A stretch of DNA of 64,000 nucleotides from a virus. The notes under the pieces were generated by a model. It had not been told where the DNA came from. It did no database searches and saw only the letters and a list, made by a program, of their open reading frames with translations. Every line of letters starts with the position of its first letter. Position 1 is the first letter of the stretch. The DNA is taken from IMG/VR virus record IMGVR_UViG_3300009155_000038; one strand, given 5' to 3'. Made by a program: the position numbers and the translations under genes. Below, piece after piece: positions 29,154 through 38,685 of this stretch.

Positions 29154-29996
29154 TCACCCGGCTTGCGCGTTGTTAACCTGTTGCTTGAGCGCGCTGATCT
29201 CGTCGGGATCAACATAAGTCGGCAGAATTCCGGCAAGCCGCTCACGCGACTTTGCCGCGTCTTCAACAGCCTTGGCGCGCGAACGTTCTTTGGCCCTGTC
29301 GTACATGAGCTTCGCCGCCAGAGCACCACCGCCTAAACCAGCAACGACGCCGGCACCGCCCACAGCTGCCGGAACACGCTTGAGCGCATCCCACAGGCCC
29401 GTGATGGTTTCAAAGGCTGCCTGCTTTTCGCCAATGCTGTCGTATACGCTATCGAGCGCGGCGCCAGACTTGCCCATCAGCGCGTCGTGATACTCTTGCT
29501 CGGCATCATCAACTTCCTGCTGCTGATCTTGTTTCTTTTTGCGGTTGTGAAGCGCCTGAATCAGCTTCCAGCCAGCTAGCCCGCCCAACCCGCCTGCGGC
29601 AACTGTGCCGCCAATCCCGAAAGACGACCTAATCGTATTCGGGTCAAACGTGTTGTCAGCGTTCGGCACGCTTGGCGTAAACGGCTTGAGAAAGCTGTTG
29701 AACGAGTTCGGCAGAAGCTTGCCAATATTCTCTGTAATATTGTCGTACGTGTTCGACGACAACTTTTCAGCGCCCGGCATCTCGCCCATCAATTGCGCTG
29801 TCTCTTTTTCTTTTGCTATCTGGGAGCGCTGACGGACTGCGTCGGACAGGCTGCGAGCTAAGTAATACAACGCGCCGGCGCCTAAACCAGCGCCAAGGCC
29901 ACGAACGCCTGTGCGCACCATGCGGTCGCCCCAGAATTTCTCAAAGTCAGCGTTTGTTGGCGCCTGACTCAGTTTTTCTGTCTGTGTTGTATTCAT
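29154..29996 (-). CDS. Glycine-zipper virion protein
   Basis: GLGAGLGAGAL, GGTVAAGGLGGLAG, GGAGVVAGLGGG; EKLS, EKLSS, EKQAA; likely start ATG 29996. Confidence 0.6.
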   Translation of the reverse strand: MNTTQTEKLSQAPTNADFEKFWGDRMVRTGVRGLGAGLGAGALYYLARSLSDAVRQRSQIAKEKETAQLMGEMPGAEKLSSNTYDNITENIGKLLPNSFNSFLKPFTPSVPNADNTFDPNTIRSSFGIGGTVAAGGLGGLAGWKLIQALHNRKKKQDQQQEVDDAEQEYHDALMGKSGAALDSVYDSIGEKQAAFETITGLWDALKRVPAAVGGAGVVAGLGGGALAAKLMYDRAKERSRAKAVEDAAKSRERLAGILPTYVDPDEISALKQQVNNAQAG

Positions 29997-30007
29997 CGCG
30001 CACCCGT

Positions 30008-30358
30008 TTATTTCTTGTCTGGAGCCATACCGTACACTTGGCCCCACTCCATCCAGACACGAAAGTGTTTTTTCTCGTCGTCCCAGTGCTCGCTGCGTTT
30101 GAGCAACCTGTACCAACCGTTAATTATCTTATCACTTATGTCGTCAAATTCCGCTTTTTGCTCAGGATCCCAAAGCTCAAACAGTCGAGACTTGAACGCC
30201 ATCTGCGTATCAAGGTTCTCGACTTCTTCCTGCTTTAAATCAAGCTGTGCCGACGGGTTGCTTAATACCGGAAACCCGTCCATCGTACCCGGCCAATGCA
30301 GCATTGAATCACCATGCTGCAAGCCTCCATGCTCGCCGTGATATTTGCGCAGACTCAC
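30008..30358 (-). CDS. Hypothetical protein
   Basis: 116-aa ORF in the operon. Confidence 0.55.
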   Translation of the reverse strand: MSLRKYHGEHGGLQHGDSMLHWPGTMDGFPVLSNPSAQLDLKQEEVENLDTQMAFKSRLFELWDPEQKAEFDDISDKIINGWYRLLKRSEHWDDEKKHFRVWMEWGQVYGMAPDKK

Positions 30359-30361
30359 AAA

Positions 30362-30718
30362 TTACCTTTCTGGTCGATACAGACGTAACTTCCTGTTCGT
30401 CTTGGCCCGGGCAGCATACGCCTTGTAGGCCGCAGCCAATTCTTTCGCTTTGAGATCTTCTTCGTCTACGTCAGGCTCGGTGAGCTTGGCGGCTAAATGC
30501 CCGCCAAGCCCGCCTGCAACCGTGCCCAGCATAATTGGCGCGGCGGCGATGTTACTCAGCGCACCAGCTGGATTAAATGCGCTCAAATCAAGCGCGCCGG
30601 TCTTGCACAGATCTGCGGCAGCCTTCACCCGGCTTTGCAGATCGGCACCGGTCAACGACTCTTCGGCGCAACGGTAGAGAAAACCAAGCTTAAAAGCTTC
30701 TTTTTCATTGACATCCAT
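30362..30718 (-). CDS. Small glycine-zipper virion protein
   Basis: EKEAFKLGF N-term; LGTVAGGLGGHLAA. Confidence 0.6.
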   Translation of the reverse strand: MDVNEKEAFKLGFLYRCAEESLTGADLQSRVKAAADLCKTGALDLSAFNPAGALSNIAAAPIMLGTVAGGLGGHLAAKLTEPDVDEEDLKAKELAAAYKAYAARAKTNRKLRLYRPER

Positions 30719-30719
30719 G

Positions 30720-31208
30720 TCAAAAATCTCCGGGAAGAATCAGTTTTTTCTTGGCGCCGACCGTAAAGTCGGGCGTGGCGTAACGACCTGTATCAACACC
30801 CAGCGGCAAGGCGCCGGGAGTGGCTGTCGTGAAATTTGCCGCACTAGCCAAAGATATCTTACTCTTTCTCCCGGGACGGTGTCTCCTGAACCACGCATCT
30901 ACTTCTGGGTCGTTGCGGTCGCCCTGCTCCTTGGCCTCGGTGGTGCAGAGCAACATATTCTCAATGGCTCGCTGTAATTCCATGCGGTCAGCAGCCAGCC
31001 ACTTCTTGTCGGGGTTTGTCGCTGACATCCCCCGTAAATACTTCGCCTCGTCGCTGAGGGCTTGGGCGCGGAATAAGAATTCCTTGCGCGTCAGGACGAA
31101 AAACTCGCCTGTTTCTTCATCGTGCAGGCAAATAAAGCCGTTTTTGGCGTAAAACTTCAGGCCGCGGTACGTGTAGCACTTGCCTGAATTGTTCTGTAGG
31201 TCAGCCAC
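30720..31208 (-). CDS. Hypothetical protein
   Basis: 162-aa ORF in the operon. Confidence 0.55.
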   Translation of the reverse strand: MADLQNNSGKCYTYRGLKFYAKNGFICLHDEETGEFFVLTRKEFLFRAQALSDEAKYLRGMSATNPDKKWLAADRMELQRAIENMLLCTTEAKEQGDRNDPEVDAWFRRHRPGRKSKISLASAANFTTATPGALPLGVDTGRYATPDFTVGAKKKLILPGDF

Positions 31209-31217
31209 GCAACACCC

Positions 31218-31559
31218 TTATGTACGGGAGAGAGGACACTTGCCGTCTGGACAAGAGCTTGTTTTTACAGGCGGCAGCGGTTGAACCTGTAGTTTCATGG
31301 ATGGCGCCGAATTTAACTTTTGCATCGGCTGACAAGTGGGGCACTTCGTCCAACCCAATCCGTCACCCGATGGAACTTTCCCCGTGCCTTTACACGTGAG
31401 GCAGTCTTTCGGATTCACAGGTGTAGGTTTTACCGGGGTCGTGCCAGAAAGTAAAGCAGAGTAAGCAGTCTCTGCAGCGACCATGCCGATATAGTTTGTT
31501 TCAGTCGGCGTGGCATTGGGCACCCACGGAGTCAAAAGAAGCATAAGCCATTCAAACAT
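31218..31559 (-). CDS. Secreted/membrane protein with DnaJ-type CxxCxGxG zinc motif
   Basis: Hydrophobic N-term; CLTCKGTG..KCPTC; C-term CPDGKCP. Confidence 0.6.
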   Translation of the reverse strand: MFEWLMLLLTPWVPNATPTETNYIGMVAAETAYSALLSGTTPVKPTPVNPKDCLTCKGTGKVPSGDGLGWTKCPTCQPMQKLNSAPSMKLQVQPLPPVKTSSCPDGKCPLSRT

Positions 31560-31595
31560 GTGTTGTCCTTTTACGCTTTCTACGCCACGACCCGC

Positions 31596-32624
31596 TCAGA
31601 TGTTACCGAGCGCGCCATAATTCTTGAGTTTCTTCGGCGGCCATCCGTTTACGCCGGACATCGCGATCATATATCGGTTTTTGATATCTGACCACTTTAC
31701 CCAGAACGCGCCAATCGGAATATCAACCACAGTGCCGAAAATACGACGCCCGCCGTCGTTCCAATTTCCCCAGCTTTGCTGGAGCATAACAAGCGGCTCG
31801 CCGTAAAGCTTCTTAATCTCTTCTCGGTCGTCCACGGCCAGATAAGCCATAGCGTGAGCCCACCCGGCAGCGGTACGCTTCGACCAGCCGTTCATATCTT
31901 TATCAGAGGAGAAGGATTCCCCGCCGCAGGACGAAATGCAGTAACCATTCGCGAGTAAATCGCGCATGGCTTCGTACTCTTCGACCTCTGTAACAGTCTG
32001 GACGCGGTGGTCTTTGCCAATCTCCAGCCACGAGTCCGGCGGCGTGCGAGAGCCGTAAATACCGGCATTCTTGGAGCTGTATGTAGTGAAGTCGACGTCA
32101 ATTTCGTCGTACTTCTTGCGCAGCCAAAGGCCCGAGTCGTTAAGGGCTACTTGAGCTGCTTCGGCGCAACTCCAGCCGTCCCCACCGTGCCGGCGCCAAT
32201 TGTAAAATGCTTCCGTCGCGAGCACGCCGCTAAGACGGCCGGCGTCGCTCACTTCAGGCGCGCCTTCTAACTTATGACTGTTTGGGTCAGGCACGCCGCT
32301 TGTAATCTCGCAGCACATGGTGCCCAAGCAGGCATTCCGCGTCGACCAACTTACACAATCCCCTCGGCCCTGCGCGCCGCCCGGTAAACAATCCGGGTAG
32401 AGTTTAACGATCTCAAGAAACGGCAGGCTTAACTTGCCTTTCCCGGTTTCTTCAAGGTTATACGCGGAGCATGCCATGGCCCCATCAGGAATACCGCCAG
32501 CAGATTTAATCTGCTCGCGCAACGCAGCCGCGGCTTCGGGGTTGCTATAGGCACCCGTGAAACCCGTTTCATACGCTGCCACAACGTCATAGACGTTCTC
32601 AAAAAAATGTTCGTTGGCGGCCAT
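31596..32624 (-). CDS. Papain-like (C1A) cysteine peptidase
   Basis: QGRGDCVSWS (oxyanion Q and catalytic C), WAHAM (H), QQSWG (NSWG-equivalent). Confidence 0.8.
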   Translation of the reverse strand: MAANEHFFENVYDVVAAYETGFTGAYSNPEAAAALREQIKSAGGIPDGAMACSAYNLEETGKGKLSLPFLEIVKLYPDCLPGGAQGRGDCVSWSTRNACLGTMCCEITSGVPDPNSHKLEGAPEVSDAGRLSGVLATEAFYNWRRHGGDGWSCAEAAQVALNDSGLWLRKKYDEIDVDFTTYSSKNAGIYGSRTPPDSWLEIGKDHRVQTVTEVEEYEAMRDLLANGYCISSCGGESFSSDKDMNGWSKRTAAGWAHAMAYLAVDDREEIKKLYGEPLVMLQQSWGNWNDGGRRIFGTVVDIPIGAFWVKWSDIKNRYMIAMSGVNGWPPKKLKNYGALGNI

Positions 32625-32645
32625 GGCATGTCTCCGGCATGTAGA

Positions 32646-33143
32646 TCAACCGTTCGTGGTATCAGTTTCAGGAGTCGACTCTTCAACAACCTTTTCGCTC
32701 ACCAGCGTCACGTTGAAACCACCGGGCTGCGCCGGGGCCAATGTGTCGAGAGCAGTGAACTCGACCGTAGCCGGTTCCGACTTGTTGCCGGCATCGTCCA
32801 CGTCGACCAAGGAAAGAACAACCAGCGCGTCCTGCGGCACGTCCACGGAACCAAGGTCCGTCGCGTTACCCGCAGCCGTCACCACCGTCGATTCAACGCC
32901 GTTCACGGTCACGGTCAGCTCGCGCGACACAACGTCGCCGTCAACCGGAGCATTTACAGAAACACGATATGTCAGCACATTCGCCATAGTTTCACCTTTT
33001 CGTAAGACAACACTCAAACCCCTCGGCACACTTACAGTTCTTTTAAACGCTAGCTCGTATATCGCCAACGCTACATGCACCAAGTACCACAACGCGAACA
33101 GAAACGGGACTAACTCTGCAATAGTGATAATTACGTCAAACAT
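32646..33143 (-). CDS. Membrane-anchored Fn3/Ig-like protein
   Basis: N-terminal TM segment; VDDAGNKSEPA..DTLAPAQPG Fn3-like signature; alternative start 32987. Confidence 0.55.
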   Translation of the reverse strand: MFDVIITIAELVPFLFALWYLVHVALAIYELAFKRTVSVPRGLSVVLRKGETMANVLTYRVSVNAPVDGDVVSRELTVTVNGVESTVVTAAGNATDLGSVDVPQDALVVLSLVDVDDAGNKSEPATVEFTALDTLAPAQPGGFNVTLVSEKVVEESTPETDTTNG

Positions 33144-33153
33144 AGCGACGACC

Positions 33154-33606
33154 TTATCGGGCGGAGCTGGCAATCGTCTCGCACGCGTCGATTAACTTGG
33201 CTTGTGTTTCTGGTGTGCTGGGCATAACGTCGTCCGTGCCCAACTTTCCAGCAAACACTAACTCGATAGCTGTATCTAATCCCGGATACTTGCCCGGCGT
33301 ATCAATAGCCAGCTGCAGCGTATTGGCCTGCAGATCCGCCCATTGCTCCGTCGTGGTGATTCGCTTGCCGGCGTCTTTCTTCAAGACAGCCGCCAGCGCG
33401 GTATAAATACCATTAATTCGGGCCTTGTCAGCCGCCGTGGCGTTAGCCAACAGCTGCACAATCTCGGAGTCTGTGGCGTGCTCAGCGACCGGCGTGACTG
33501 GCGCGGCAAGCTGGCCGAGCTTCAGACCGTTCGGAAACGCAATCGACACAGCCAGCAAGGCGCCGGCTAACCACAGCAGAGCCTTATTACAGTTTTTGCA
33601 GTTCAT
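33154..33606 (-). CDS. Membrane/secreted protein
   Basis: ALLWLAGALLAVSIAFP signal/TM segment. Confidence 0.55.
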   Translation of the reverse strand: MNCKNCNKALLWLAGALLAVSIAFPNGLKLGQLAAPVTPVAEHATDSEIVQLLANATAADKARINGIYTALAAVLKKDAGKRITTTEQWADLQANTLQLAIDTPGKYPGLDTAIELVFAGKLGTDDVMPSTPETQAKLIDACETIASSAR

Positions 33607-33890
33607 ACAACACCCTTTGACGGTTCCTTGAACTCTACGATCACGCGCAGCAACACGGTGCAGGCGTCGACACCTTCTTGACAACCTTCTGCGGTCAGCC
33701 GATCCCGGAGGTTTGTTACCGACACAATGTCATTTACCAGATTCACAGCAATCGACGGCTGGGCCACCGGAACGTTTGACGGCTTAGATAAGCGCAGTAA
33801 ACCACGCACGCCGTTAGCTAGCACGCTTCGGTACACACACAGAGCCGATAACACGAATACAGCAGCGCAAATCAACTGAAACTGAGTCAT
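33603..33890 (-). CDS. Small membrane protein
   Basis: N-terminal TM (FQLICAAVFVLSALCVY); SD GGAG. Confidence 0.55.
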   Translation of the reverse strand: MTQFQLICAAVFVLSALCVYRSVLANGVRGLLRLSKPSNVPVAQPSIAVNLVNDIVSVTNLRDRLTAEGCQEGVDACTVLLRVIVEFKEPSKGVV

Positions 33891-33926
33891 AAGTCACTCC
33901 AATGTTAAACAGTGGTATCTAATCTA

Positions 33927-34754
33927 TCAGGTTTTTGGGACAAGCACGTACGGCCGACCGTTAATAACAATAGTGCCGCCAACTTGCAGCGACGCGTCTT
34001 GTGTAATGGCATAAGGCTTGGTGCGCTTGCCGTATAGTTTAACGATCTCTTTCACGTCGCCCTTCTGTGGCGCTGTGACGTTCGGGTTGTAGTAGGGCGC
34101 CATCAGGTTGCCATTGCCCAAATGCGGCAGGCCCAGTGCGTGGCCCAGCTCGTGGCAAATCACCGCCACAGCCATGTTGAAGCTCCACGCCTCGGCCTCG
34201 TCAAACATCTGATCCAGCTGCACGTTCTCGGCGACGCCACAGGGCAGTTCGCTCCACGCAAGTGTGCCGCCACGGTCATCGAGGCCGTTAGCCTTGCCTA
34301 CACCGGACTTGGCATAAATGTTCGCGCGGGTTGGGCCGTCGACGCGCACAGGCTCGATGTTACAAACCTTGGCCCACTGCGAAAACGCAATGTCATAGGC
34401 TTCTTTGACCTGCGCGTCTGTCAGTCCCGGCAATTTTACTTGATGGAAATACGAGATCGCCGGCATTGGCCACTTGCACGGATCGCTGTTGGCCGCCGTG
34501 ATATTGAAATCGGGCAAGCCACAGCGGCGCTTATTGATATTATTGGCCGTCTTTGGGCCCACAACACCAGTAGTCGGCAGGCCGTGAAACGACTGAAAAG
34601 CCTTGATGGCTTTGATCAGCTGCGCGCCCTTGAGGTTCTGTACGTCTGCCCACGACTTGGCGCCGAAATAGCCCAAATCAAAGAGCCGCTTCAAAATCTC
34701 TTGTGTGGGCAGCACATTGGCCGCGGCGTCAGCTTTTTTTGCCTTTTTTGCCAT
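33927..34754 (-). CDS. Matrixin (M10-type) zinc metalloprotease with peptidoglycan-binding-like N-domain
   Basis: AIKAFQSFHGLPTTGVVGPKT..RRCGLPD (PG-binding-like domain plus cysteine switch); HELGHALGLPH; Met-turn LMAPYY. Confidence 0.9.
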   Translation of the reverse strand: MAKKAKKADAAANVLPTQEILKRLFDLGYFGAKSWADVQNLKGAQLIKAIKAFQSFHGLPTTGVVGPKTANNINKRRCGLPDFNITAANSDPCKWPMPAISYFHQVKLPGLTDAQVKEAYDIAFSQWAKVCNIEPVRVDGPTRANIYAKSGVGKANGLDDRGGTLAWSELPCGVAENVQLDQMFDEAEAWSFNMAVAVICHELGHALGLPHLGNGNLMAPYYNPNVTAPQKGDVKEIVKLYGKRTKPYAITQDASLQVGGTIVINGRPYVLVPKT

Positions 34755-34791
34755 GCGCTGCGTCCTTGCATGCGAATGTAAAAGAAACGAT

Positions 34792-35196
34792 TCAGTCTGG
34801 TACGTTGGCTAATGTTAACAGTTCGTTGAGCGCTTCATCCTCAGCGTTCTCGCCCAGCTCGTACATCACTTCCAACATCGGGTTTGGGTTGCGCAACGTG
34901 ATCGGCTTATCGGGATACTCTTCGCGCCACAGTTTGTTTACTTGGCGCTTAAGTCGAAGCAATCGGCGTGGCGGCAGGGTACGAATATCGCGCATGTCTT
35001 GCAGCAGTTCAGCCTTGTTCTTGTTCTTGCAGTACGCGGCAATTTGAATCGCCAACGAAATCATGCTCAGAATTAAGATGATGCCAAACTGCGTGGAGTT
35101 GTCTACACGGTGCGACATCTCCGACATGCAACGATCGCGAAGCTGCCGTAACGCCGGAGATGCGTTGACCTGTGCTTCCAGTTCTTCGAGTTTCAT
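34792..35196 (-). CDS. Membrane protein
   Basis: TM segment FGIILILSMISLAIQIAAY; ATG 35196 overlaps the upstream stop. Confidence 0.55.
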   Translation of the reverse strand: MKLEELEAQVNASPALRQLRDRCMSEMSHRVDNSTQFGIILILSMISLAIQIAAYCKNKNKAELLQDMRDIRTLPPRRLLRLKRQVNKLWREEYPDKPITLRNPNPMLEVMYELGENAEDEALNELLTLANVPD

Positions 35197-35197
35197 G

Positions 35198-35569
35198 TTA
35201 GAAGCTCCGCTCAGCGCGAAACTTTTCCGCCACGATCGCCTCCATGTAGCGATAACGCGCTTCAGCAATTTGCGCCTTGGCCTGTGTACGGCCAGCAATA
35301 AACTTCCAGATCAGCGCTGTATTTACAATGATGGCCTGCGACGCGCCAATTAGTGCCGTCACAGCCGTCAGCAAAGCGTCAGCGTTTGAATGGTCGACCC
35401 AGCCGATTAACACGGCCACGGTCACAAGATTGGTCACGGCAGCGGTCGCCATGGTCCAGAATTCAGGCGTCAGCCAGTTGTCTTTGGTTGCCGCGGCTTC
35501 GTCACCAGCGGCGTTCAGCACGCGCAGTTCTTCACGAATTGTATCAATGCTCTTTTTTGCAGCTGCCAT
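35198..35569 (-). CDS. Holin-like two-TM membrane protein
   Basis: KDNWLTPEFW followed by two TM helices; GGAGG SD before ATG 35569. Confidence 0.5.
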   Translation of the reverse strand: MAAAKKSIDTIREELRVLNAAGDEAAATKDNWLTPEFWTMATAAVTNLVTVAVLIGWVDHSNADALLTAVTALIGASQAIIVNTALIWKFIAGRTQAKAQIAEARYRYMEAIVAEKFRAERSF

Positions 35570-35638
35570 CTTTTTTGCCTCCATGCAAGTTAATACTACC
35601 TATTGTGACAGACACGCATAGGCGGCGCAACACTGATG

Positions 35639-36769
35639 TTAACGCCCAAACATGGGCGGGACGATGGCGTGCATCATTCCACCCCATAAACCCATATCCT
35701 GTAACTTGTTCTGGCCGGCGGGTGTTAATCCTGCCAATGCCGAAAGGGTTTTGCCGACAATGTGCGCGGTGGCTAAACCAACGCCAGCAGAGGCAATACC
35801 AGTTACAACGTCAATCGGACGAATAATAGGTGAATTGTTATTAACGCTGATTCCAGACATAAGGCCTGTCATGGCAGCAGCGTATTGCGGCGGTGTGTGG
35901 CTATCAAAGCCGTTGGTCATGCCCTTACGTACGTCGTTCCACATAGCGTTGTTAAACTGCGCCACCGGAACGCTGGGCTGATACATCGGCGATTGCGAAC
36001 CCTGCTGCATAAACTGCTGCTGATTCATGCTTTGCATAGCGTTCATGCCTAGCTGCTGATTCATTTGCTGGCGCAGGAAGTCGTCGCCAAACTGGTCAAA
36101 TGACGCTTTCTCTTGCAGCGCGTCTAATTTCTTCTGCTCGTACGGATAAACGACGGGTGTTTTGTTATGCGTCACTAAGCCGCTGAGCATGCCTGTCCGT
36201 AATGCACGCGCATTCGCGTAGGCATTCACGCCGGCTACACCCACGCCACCTAGTGCGCCCATCGCGGCTAATGTGCGGCGTAACTTCCCGCGCTCAATGT
36301 AACGCTCCGGGAATAAGTTCTCGGCAAGTGTGCCAGCGCCATAACCAAGACCAGCGCCAAGCAGGCTCGTCACAATGCCGTTTGATAATGGCGTCGGACC
36401 GCCCAGAAGTTTATTTCCGGTGTTCCAGACTGTCGGCAGGCCCGGGATTAATGAGCCGCGCTTGATGACAATTTCTTCGTCCCATGTTGGCGTGACGTCC
36501 ATGGGCACGACGGCCAGATTGCGGTCGCCATCAGCCATCTCGCGCTCGTAAGTGTCCAGCGCCATCTTGGACAGCGGCGCGGGCGTGTATACCGTGACGG
36601 CATTGAGTTCTGGCGTCCACGTCGCCGCTGTAGTGCTCGCAATTCCCGCGGCGACAGCGGCTTTTTCGTGGGCAAGCTTGGCGGCCAGCGCATATGGCAT
36701 GAGTTCCACCACTCTTTGGGGAACGCGTCGCCACTCTACATAGGGCGTGTAGTTCTCTTCGTTAGTCAT
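35639..36769 (-). CDS. Glycine-zipper virion protein with Gln/Met-rich linker
   Basis: LLGAGLGYGAG, MGALGGVGVAG; KLAHEKAA, EKAS. Confidence 0.6.
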   Translation of the reverse strand: MTNEENYTPYVEWRRVPQRVVELMPYALAAKLAHEKAAVAAGIASTTAATWTPELNAVTVYTPAPLSKMALDTYEREMADGDRNLAVVPMDVTPTWDEEIVIKRGSLIPGLPTVWNTGNKLLGGPTPLSNGIVTSLLGAGLGYGAGTLAENLFPERYIERGKLRRTLAAMGALGGVGVAGVNAYANARALRTGMLSGLVTHNKTPVVYPYEQKKLDALQEKASFDQFGDDFLRQQMNQQLGMNAMQSMNQQQFMQQGSQSPMYQPSVPVAQFNNAMWNDVRKGMTNGFDSHTPPQYAAAMTGLMSGISVNNNSPIIRPIDVVTGIASAGVGLATAHIVGKTLSALAGLTPAGQNKLQDMGLWGGMMHAIVPPMFGR

Positions 36770-37049
36770 GACGCGGCCACACTACAGCTTTGACAATGCG
36801 GATAAAAAACCCTACGAGCAAACCCAGCCACGCGATAAAGCCGCTAATAGCAAAAAAAAGCACGGCCGGCACGGTGAGGAACACCGGCAGTAACTTCTTG
36901 AAGTCAATCTGGCGCAGAATCATGAGCGCGCGTAAGTAATGCGTTTCCTTTGGCGCTACAACAGGTACATCGGGCACCACTGGCTTTGTGTCGTTGCCCA
37001 GCAGCTTCTTGAGCCGGCTCCACAACGATTCTTTGGGGGTATCAGCCAT
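36762..37049 (-). CDS. Membrane protein
   Basis: Long C-terminal hydrophobic stretch. Confidence 0.55.
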   Translation of the reverse strand: MADTPKESLWSRLKKLLGNDTKPVVPDVPVVAPKETHYLRALMILRQIDFKKLLPVFLTVPAVLFFAISGFIAWLGLLVGFFIRIVKAVVWPRHD

Positions 37050-38211
37050 TCTTGCCCCCAAAATTTCGCAGCGTGTCAAAGATATCATTACCGTACAGCT
37101 GCACGGTCTTATCCAGCGGATTCATCTGAGGCAGCGTGCCGCGAATAGCGTGCAGCGCCATCTGATGCCGGTAAGTCGGGTCGATCATGGTCCGGTACGT
37201 GTGCATGTTCTGCTGCCCGCGCAGAATACGGTCGCCGTTCTGCTTGGCTTTGAACAAATGGTTGACCACGTTCTGGTACACGGGCTTCGACTGGTCGTAC
37301 ACAATCGGCTCGCGAAAGCTGGCCAAGTTCTTGAGCTGCTGCATGTACACGCTGGCGATCTTGGCCGGCAGCTGTTCAATTAGCTTTTCTTTTTTGTAGT
37401 ATTCGGGGTCTTTGGACAGGTGATCCTTGGCAATTTCTTTGGCGACTTGATCATTGTCTGTGTGTTCACGCTCATCTTCTTTTCCTTCGTCGAGAGCCTT
37501 GGGTGAAAACTTAGTATCGGGCATGTTGTCTGCTGTGCCACCGGGCAGTAGATCTTCCGCGGCTGCTTTGAGTTCCCCGCGGCTGATCGGGTGCTCGAAA
37601 CTCTCGCCGTCGTTGACTTCCGTGGGCGTCTCGTAGCCTTTGGCAACGCCGTTATCGAGAAGAATACCGCGCTTACGCACAGCGACGGTGATATGGAACG
37701 GCTCGTCGTCATTGGGCAGCGCAGACAAGCCATAGCTCTTGCGCAGGGCTGAAAGTAATGGCGCCGAGATTTGAATCGCCCAGATCTTGCTGAGACTACT
37801 TCCAGTCCGAGGCTCAATCTCTTTGAGCGCGCCCAGCGTGTAGCCAAACATGTGGCCGCGCTCATTGATCTTGTCAGCGCCGACCTTGGTGACTTCATCG
37901 CCTGTCATCACTGTGATATGCGCGTTGAGCAGCTCGGATTTATCGCCTACGCCCATTGCGCCCGTGGTAGGCAGCTCAGCGCCGGGAGCTGTCATGGCGT
38001 CGTAGACACCCCGAACCATCGCATTGGGCACAGAGAGCAAAAGCCAGCCGTTCTTCGAAAGATACAGGCGGCCAGACAACGGGTAGCTTGTGGCGGCCTG
38101 CTTGTTGCCCTGATAGAGACATCCAAGGGCCTGTCCAGCTGCGTAAGCCGGATGTTCTTGCAGAAACTCAGGATCCCACGCCAGCGGATCAAGCGCTGAT
38201 AAGCTGTCCAT
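37042..38211 (-). CDS. 2H phosphoesterase fused to a DUF5661-like head module
   Basis: Two H-x-T motifs (AHITVMT, FHITVAV); EREHTD..AKEIAKDHL..DPEYY module; KQAA, KAAA, KIAS linkers. Confidence 0.75.
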   Translation of the reverse strand: MDSLSALDPLAWDPEFLQEHPAYAAGQALGCLYQGNKQAATSYPLSGRLYLSKNGWLLLSVPNAMVRGVYDAMTAPGAELPTTGAMGVGDKSELLNAHITVMTGDEVTKVGADKINERGHMFGYTLGALKEIEPRTGSSLSKIWAIQISAPLLSALRKSYGLSALPNDDEPFHITVAVRKRGILLDNGVAKGYETPTEVNDGESFEHPISRGELKAAAEDLLPGGTADNMPDTKFSPKALDEGKEDEREHTDNDQVAKEIAKDHLSKDPEYYKKEKLIEQLPAKIASVYMQQLKNLASFREPIVYDQSKPVYQNVVNHLFKAKQNGDRILRGQQNMHTYRTMIDPTYRHQMALHAIRGTLPQMNPLDKTVQLYGNDIFDTLRNFGGKNG

Positions 38212-38230
38212 AGCTGGTCCTGAATGTGTT

Positions 38231-38440
38231 TTACTTAATCGCGCCGCTCTCGACTAACGCGGAAAAAATATCAAAAACCCGTTGGCAGCGCAGGTTGTGA
38301 AGCTCTTGGATACCGATAAGCGCGTTGGCAAGATTGTCTTTATCATCAGCGCCCTCAAGAATTTGCTTGGTCACGAGCTTAAGATCGTCTGCCGTGTGCC
38401 AGCAAGCCATGATGGCGTCTTCCAACTCAAACCGGTCCAT
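38231..38440 (-). CDS. Small hypothetical protein
   Basis: 69 aa, GGAG SD; short helical phage-type protein. Confidence 0.6.
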   Translation of the reverse strand: MDRFELEDAIMACWHTADDLKLVTKQILEGADDKDNLANALIGIQELHNLRCQRVFDIFSALVESGAIK

Positions 38441-38457
38441 TGCTTTCTCCGTGTGCG

Positions 38458-38529
38458 CTGCCTGACTAGGATTCGAACCTAGAACCTAGCGGTTAACAGC
38501 CGCTCGCTCTACCGTTGAGCTATCAGGCA
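38458..38529 (-). tRNA. trnN: tRNA-Asn(GTT), CCA not encoded
   Basis: Cloverleaf: acceptor TGCCTGA/TCAGGCA, D-arm GCTC/GAGC, anticodon stem AGCGG/CCGCT with loop CTGTTAA, T-arm CTAGG-TTCGAAT-CCTAG, discriminator G. Confidence 0.95.
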
Positions 38530-38535
38530 CTAGTG

Positions 38536-38685
38536 TTAAGGTTGTGCTTGAATCGTCACGTCTTTGGTCGCGGTTACATCTGGGGTTTTATGCGCTGCGG
38601 CGGCGTAGGCTGAGAACAAGAGTAAGCCGCAGAACACCAGCGACGCGCCCCACGATGCCACACTCAAAAATTTACGGGTTGTCAT
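38536..38685 (-). CDS. 49-aa signal-peptide/TM peptide
   Basis: Hand translation MTTRKFLSVASWGASLVFCGLLLFSAYAAAAHKTPDV...; overlaps the end of the holin-like gene. Confidence 0.5.
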   Translation of the reverse strand: MTTRKFLSVASWGASLVFCGLLLFSAYAAAAHKTPDVTATKDVTIQAQP

